Assembly: GCA_965204735.1 (NCBI GenBank)
Contig: OZ242008.1
Location: 2,112,001-2,176,000 of the forward strand
Reading direction: 5' to 3'
Length of the DNA: 64,000 nucleotides
Source of the DNA: Longimicrobiales bacterium
GTDB taxonomy: Bacteria > Gemmatimonadota > Gemmatimonadetes > Longimicrobiales > Gaopeijiaceae
This document shows, one piece after another, positions 59,481 to 64,000 of the stretch. The notes under the pieces were generated by a model, which saw only the letters and a program-made list of their open reading frames with translations, had not been told where the DNA came from and did no database searches. Positions within the stretch are counted from its first letter, which is position 1, and every line of letters starts with the position of its first letter. The position numbers were made by a program, and so were the translations under genes.

Positions 59481-60476
59481 TTGCCCGACTCCCCCATCCA
59501 CAACCCCCGCTCCCCGCGCCGCAAGCACGACGAAGTCTACAAGTTCTTCTTCTCCCAGACCCCCACCATCGCCGAAGTCCTCGAAGACTACGTCGCCCCC
59601 GACTGCGTCGACCAACTCGACCTCGCCACGCCGCGCAAGCTCACGCCCGAGCGCGTCGGCTCCCAGCTCGCCCGCCGACAGGCCGACATGCTCTGGCGCA
59701 TCGACTTCCGCCACCAGCCCGGCTTCATGGTCCTGCTCCTCGAATTCCAGTCCCAGATCGACCCCTCCATGGGCGCCCGCGTCCTGCGCTACGTCGCCGA
59801 CACCTACGAGGACCTGATCCGCGAGAAGCAGCCCGGCGGCGACCCCCGCCTGCCCCCCGTCGTCGCCTGCGTCGTCTACAACGGCGGCCGCCGGTGGCAC
59901 GCGCCCCTCGACATGGCCGAGCTGATCTCGCCTACGCTGGCGCAGCTCCGGGACCGCTCGGTCCAGTTGCCGTACCAAGTGCTTGACATGCGGGCTCCGC
60001 CCAGGCGAAGCTTGCGGAAGCGGCGCATCCTGACTTGGTTGCGGGAACTCGAGCGGGAAGGCGGCACGGTGGAGAAGGTCCGAGCCGTGCTGGGCGAGGT
60101 GTTGGAGGCGTACCCGGGTCCCGAGCACGCTCGGATCGCCGAGGCGTTCAAGCTGTGGACGGTGGGCGCGGCCCGAAGGTGGGGCGGCTCGAAAGAGGAA
60201 CTGTCGAAGATCACCACTTTGTCGGAGGCGAGAGAGATGTACACGCTGATCGAAGAAGAGATGGCAAGGTTGCGGGACGAAGGCCGCCGGGAGGGCCATC
60301 GGGAAGCGCGGCTCCGGCTGGAGCGCCAGGTGGCCAAGAAGTTCGGCGCGGCCGCGGCCGTGCAGTTGTCGGGCCTGATCGGTGGCATGGACGGACGCGA
60401 CGAGTTGGACGCGGCGGCGGATGCCGTCATCGAGTGCGACTCGGTCGCGGAGCTGCTGGCCCGACTCGCGAACTAG
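59481..60476 (+). CDS. Rpn / YhgA-like PD-(D/E)XK nuclease (transposase_31 family), copy 1
   Basis: AAGGAGG RBS plus TTG. HDEVYKFFFS, RQADMLW, LLLEFQS, VVYNG, C-terminal EGRREG...KFG domain. Confidence 0.85.
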   Translation: MPDSPIHNPRSPRRKHDEVYKFFFSQTPTIAEVLEDYVAPDCVDQLDLATPRKLTPERVGSQLARRQADMLWRIDFRHQPGFMVLLLEFQSQIDPSMGARVLRYVADTYEDLIREKQPGGDPRLPPVVACVVYNGGRRWHAPLDMAELISPTLAQLRDRSVQLPYQVLDMRAPPRRSLRKRRILTWLRELEREGGTVEKVRAVLGEVLEAYPGPEHARIAEAFKLWTVGAARRWGGSKEELSKITTLSEAREMYTLIEEEMARLRDEGRREGHREARLRLERQVAKKFGAAAAVQLSGLIGGMDGRDELDAAADAVIECDSVAELLARLAN

Positions 60477-60689
60477 CCCTAGCGAGCCGCGGCACCTCGC
60501 GACGGCGGGGGTTGGGCTAGCGCCAGCCGCGAAGAATCGGTTGCAGCCCTCTTCGACCCCCGGGTCGCTCCGACGCCCCCGTGCGCCCAAGTGCGCTCCA
60601 CCCTGCCAGGAACGCCTGTGGGCAGCGGCTTCCTGCGGGGCGACCGTCGGGGCGGCGTTTGATTTCCTGCCCCGAGCGGGTGCTGGGGC

Positions 60690-60961
60690 GTCCTCCACTC
60701 CAGCACGATCTTGCCGAAGTTCAAGTTGGCTTCCATGCGCTCGTGGGAGTCTGCTACTTGGTCCGCCGGGAAGACGCGACCGCCGCTTGGTTCCGCGCCA
60801 AGTACGGTCCATCCCCGTGGGCGCCGCCACGGCCACGGTCTCCTCCGACTCGCCGGCCGGAGGCGGGTAGAGCCCCCGTCGCTGGAGCAGGTCCGCCCGG
60901 TTGACTCCCGACGCCGCCACGCGCACCACGATCTCGCCGGTGCCCGGCATGGGGTCGGGCC
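60690..60961 (-). pseudogene. NADPH:quinone oxidoreductase (Qor/PIG3-like) remnant
   Basis: N-fragment RPDPMPGTGEIVVRVAASGVNRADLLQRRGLYPPP. C-fragment RVFPADQVADSHERMEANLNFGKIVL is in a different frame, and the core is missing. Confidence 0.75.
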
Positions 60962-61202
60962 TGGAGGGGGCGTTGGGCGACGATCGCAGCGAGGGCGGCC
61001 GGCCGCTGGAGAACCGGAGTTCCTGCGGTCAGCGTGCACTGGAGCCTCCGCATTCGGGCGTGCAAGCGAAATAGGCCGATCCAGCTATCCAAACGCCCAT
61101 TCTCCGGACGCATACTGCTTCTGGACCGCCATTCCCCGGCCCCGGAGCGCCCTCCCCCGGCCTCCGCGAACCCGCGAACCCCCGCGCTCAAGGAGGCCCC
61201 CG

Positions 61203-62210
61203 TTGCCCGACTCCCCCATCCACAACCCCCGCTCCCCGCGCCGCAAGCACGACGAAGTCTACAAGTTCTTCTTCTCCCAGACCCCTACCATCGCCGAAGT
61301 CCTCGAAGACTACGTCGCCCCCGACTGCGTCGACCAACTCGACCTCGCCACGCCGCGCAAGCTCACGCCCGAGCGTGTCGGCTCCCAGCTCGCCCGCCGA
61401 CAGGCCGACATGCTCTGGCGCATCGACTTCCGCCACCAGCCCGGCTTCATGATCCTGCTCCTCGAGTTCCAGTCCCGGATCGACCCCTCCATGGGCGCCC
61501 GCGTCCTGCGCTACGTCGCCGACACCTACGAGGACCTGATCCGCGAGAAGCAGCCCGGCGGCGACCTCCGCCTGCCCCCCGTCGTCGCCTGCGTCGTCTA
61601 CAACGGCCGCCGCCGGTGGCACGCGCCCCTCGACATGGCCGAGCTGATCTCGCCTACGCTGGCGCAGCTCCGGGACCGCTCGGTCCAGTTGCCCTACCAA
61701 GTGCTTGACATGCGGGCGCCGCCCAGGCGAAGCTTGCGGAAGCGGCGCATCCTGACTTGGTTGCGGGAACTCGAGCGGGAAGGCGGCACGGTGGAGAAGG
61801 TCCGAGCCGTGCTGGGCGAGGTGTTGGAGGCGTACCCGGGTCCCGAGCACGCTCGGGTCGCCGAGGCGTTCAAGCTGTGGACGGTGGGCGCGGCCCGAAG
61901 GTGGGGCGGCTCGAAAGAGGAACTGTCGAAGATCACCACTTTGTCGGAGGCGAGAGAGATGTACACGCTGATCGAAGAAGAGATGGCAAGGTTGCGGGAC
62001 GAAGGCCGCCGGAGGGGCCGCCGGGAGGGCCATCGGGAAGCGCGGCTCCGGCTGGAGCGCCAGGTGGCCAAGAAGTTCGGCGCGGCCGCGGCCGTGCAGT
62101 TGTCGGGCCTGATCGGTGGCATGGACGGACGCGACGAGTTGGACGCGGCGGCGGATGCCGTCATCGAGTGCGACTCGGTCGCGGAGCTGCTGGCCCGACT
62201 CGCGAACTAG
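61203..62210 (+). CDS. Rpn / YhgA-like PD-(D/E)XK nuclease, copy 2
   Basis: Same motifs as copy 1. Differs by 5 substitutions and a 4-aa (12-bp) insertion in the EGRR repeat. Confidence 0.85.
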   Translation: MPDSPIHNPRSPRRKHDEVYKFFFSQTPTIAEVLEDYVAPDCVDQLDLATPRKLTPERVGSQLARRQADMLWRIDFRHQPGFMILLLEFQSRIDPSMGARVLRYVADTYEDLIREKQPGGDLRLPPVVACVVYNGRRRWHAPLDMAELISPTLAQLRDRSVQLPYQVLDMRAPPRRSLRKRRILTWLRELEREGGTVEKVRAVLGEVLEAYPGPEHARVAEAFKLWTVGAARRWGGSKEELSKITTLSEAREMYTLIEEEMARLRDEGRRRGRREGHREARLRLERQVAKKFGAAAAVQLSGLIGGMDGRDELDAAADAVIECDSVAELLARLAN

Positions 62211-62250
62211 CGACCAGCAAGTTGGCGGTACTTGCGAGTCTGCCGGGGCG

Positions 62251-62835
62251 TCAGGGGGCTTGGCGGGGAGAGGCGGCGCGGCCCTCCAGCGCGGCCACCA
62301 GCTCGGCCGCCGCGGCCAAGTCGTCGGCTACCAGGTGTTCCGGCGGCAGAGTGGGCTCCACTTCCCGGCCCCAGCCCGTGCGGACCAGGATGCCGGTGCC
62401 GTCGAGCGCCCGGGCGGGCTCCACGTCGCTCGCCTTGTCGCCTACGCAGTAGGAGCCGCGAACGACGAGCCCCAGGTCGCGGGCGGCGGTGCGGTGCATC
62501 AGCGTGCTGGGCTTCCGGCAGGTGGTCGCCGGATCGCCGCCGGGGGCGTCGGGGCAGAAGTAGACGCCGTCCATGACCACGTGGGCACGGGCCAGTTGCC
62601 GCTCCACTTCGGCGGCCACGCGGCGGTAGTCGTCCACTCCGTAGAGTCCGCGCCCGATCCCGGACTGGTTGGTGACCAGGACCAGGGCGAAGCCCATCTC
62701 CCCAAGCCGCAGAAGGGCGTCGGTCGCCCCTGGGATCAGGGAGACGCCGGCCGGGTCCGAGAGGTAGTGGCGCTCCTCGATGATCGTCCCGTCTCGGTCG
62801 ACGAAGACGGCGCGACGGGGCTTCGGCGGCGTCAC
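62251..62835 (-). CDS. gmhB: D,D-heptose 1,7-bisphosphate phosphatase (HAD IIIA)
   Basis: FVDRDGT, VTNQSGIGRG, CRKP, VGDKASD, LVRTG. Confidence 0.85.
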   Translation of the reverse strand: MTPPKPRRAVFVDRDGTIIEERHYLSDPAGVSLIPGATDALLRLGEMGFALVLVTNQSGIGRGLYGVDDYRRVAAEVERQLARAHVVMDGVYFCPDAPGGDPATTCRKPSTLMHRTAARDLGLVVRGSYCVGDKASDVEPARALDGTGILVRTGWGREVEPTLPPEHLVADDLAAAAELVAALEGRAASPRQAP

Positions 62836-64000
62836 TGCCGGGGCGCCGTCGCGCGCAGCGCCGTTGCCAGGGCCGACGAGACCGCGGCGTCCTGCTCGGG
62901 CAGGACGGTCCTGAAGTCGAGAACGACCTTGCCGCTTCGGCTCCGGGCCACAACGGGCGGATCGTGGGTGCGAAGCGCGGTCAACCAGGCGTCGGCGTCG
63001 GCGCCGGGCGCGGGCACGCGAAGCACGGCAGTGGGGATCCCCGCACCGGGGAAGGTGCCGCCGCCCACCAACGACTCCCCCGCCCCGACTTCGGCGTCCA
63101 GCCCCGGGACGCCCGCCAGGACCGCGCGGGCGCGTTGCTCCAGCTCGGACGCGGTCGCCGCGATCATGCGAAGCGCCGGCACGCGCTCCCTAGCCCGCTC
63201 GGGATCGCGGTAGAGGATCAGGGTCGCCTCCACCCCGGCCAGCGTCGTCTTGCCGCAGCGCAACGCCCGGCACAGGGGATGCGCCTTCGCCCGGGCCACG
63301 TGCTCCTGCGACCCGGCCAGGACGCCGGCCTGCGGCCCGCCCATGAGCTTGTCGCCCGAGAAGACCACCACGTCCGCGCCGGCGGCGATGCTCTGCGCCG
63401 GGGTCGGCTCCGAGGGAAGCCCCAGCTCGGCGGCGTCCGCCAGCAAGCCCGAGCCCAGGTCGTGGACGAGGGGCAGGCCGCGGGAAGCAGCGAGCTGGGC
63501 CAGCTCTCGGAGGCCAGCCTCTCCCGTGAAGCCCGTCATGCGGAAGTTGGAGCGGTGGACCTTGAGGACGGCGCCCACGTCGCCGCCTTCCACGGCGCGT
63601 GCGTAGTCGGCCGGCCGGGTGCGGTTGGTCGTGCCCACGGCCACCAGCCTGGCCCCCGCCGCCTCCACCACCTCCGGGATGCGGAAGCCGCCCCCGATCT
63701 CGACCAGCTCTCCATGAGACACGACGACGCCCTTCCCGCCGGCCAGCGACGCCAGGGCCAGGGCCAGGGCGCCCGCCCCGTTGTTGACCACCACCGCGTC
63801 GGCGGCGCCGGCGAGTTCGGCGAGGAGCCGGGCGCAGTGCGCGTATCGGGAGCCGCGCTCTCCGGCCGCCAGGTCGAACTCCACGCTGGCGTAGCCCGAC
63901 GCGGCCGCCATCGCTGCCCGGGCTTCGGCCGCCAGGGGCGCTCGGCCCAGGTTCGTGTGCAGGACCACTCCCGTGGCGTTGACGACGGGCCGCAGCGACG
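62832..64000 (-). CDS. selA: L-seryl-tRNA(Sec) selenium transferase (5' end outside the window)
   Basis: VVNATGVVLHTNLGRAPL, VVNN, GELVEIGGGFRIP, KVHRSNF, DLGSG, FSGDKLMGGPQAG. Confidence 0.92.
   Translation of the reverse strand, partial: SLRPVVNATGVVLHTNLGRAPLAAEARAAMAAASGYASVEFDLAAGERGSRYAHCARLLAELAGAADAVVVNNGAGALALALASLAGGKGVVVSHGELVEIGGGFRIPEVVEAAGARLVAVGTTNRTRPADYARAVEGGDVGAVLKVHRSNFRMTGFTGEAGLRELAQLAASRGLPLVHDLGSGLLADAAELGLPSEPTPAQSIAAGADVVVFSGDKLMGGPQAGVLAGSQEHVARAKAHPLCRALRCGKTTLAGVEATLILYRDPERARERVPALRMIAATASELEQRARAVLAGVPGLDAEVGAGESLVGGGTFPGAGIPTAVLRVPAPGADADAWLTALRTHDPPVVARSRSGKVVLDFRTVLPEQDAAVSSALATALRATAPRQ

Larger units (their letters stand above)
59354..62211 (+). repeat. About 1.1-kb near-identical direct repeats (59354-60477 and 61069-62211), each carrying an Rpn gene and its upstream region
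   Basis: Both start aaataggccgatccagctatccaaacgcccatt and end ctcgcgaactagc. Confidence 0.9.

Noticed and set aside
59354..62211. Composite transposon formed by the two Rpn copies
   Set aside because: No terminal inverted repeats or target duplication, and Rpn proteins are not shown to be transposases.
58808..64000. Selenoprotein (UGA read-through) near selA
   Set aside because: No in-frame UGA at a Cys-equivalent position was seen. The HesB/IscA protein has ordinary Cys codons.

Overview
GC-rich bacterial chromosome segment. Gene content (VPS10/BNR hydrolase, giant cadherin/Ig-repeat autotransporter, many scattered toxin-antitoxin genes) is reminiscent of host-associated Gemmatimonadota; this is inference only. 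A housekeeping backbone is mostly on the minus strand: S2P-scpA-scpB-rluB-upp, rpsT, pyrR-pyrB-pyrC, an NhaC-family antiporter, MFP-TolC-RND-RND-gltX-lexA-tadA, iscA-MBL-purN-purH-tRNA-Ser-ispG, and selA-gmhB. It is interleaved with accessory DNA: a HipA-like kinase plus HIRAN-type partner, an ABC ATPase plus a broken DUF4276-like gene, an IS1202-family element with a 17-bp target duplication, AbiEi/AbiEii, an orphan beta-class DNA methyltransferase, two near-identical Rpn genes and three internally deleted pseudogenes. The most interesting candidates are: (1) a tRNA-linked metal-uptake operon led by a putative His/Cys + RGPP ribosome-arrest leader peptide; (2) a 4911-aa adhesin with a G27/C27 tract that could switch its reading frame, plus variable Cys-bounded loops in its distal repeats; (3) Rpn genes with an internal RBS+ATG (intragenic antitoxin); (4) a LexA lacking its self-cleavage residues and a PyrC lacking several active-site residues. 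All family calls come from motif recognition by eye, with no database searches.
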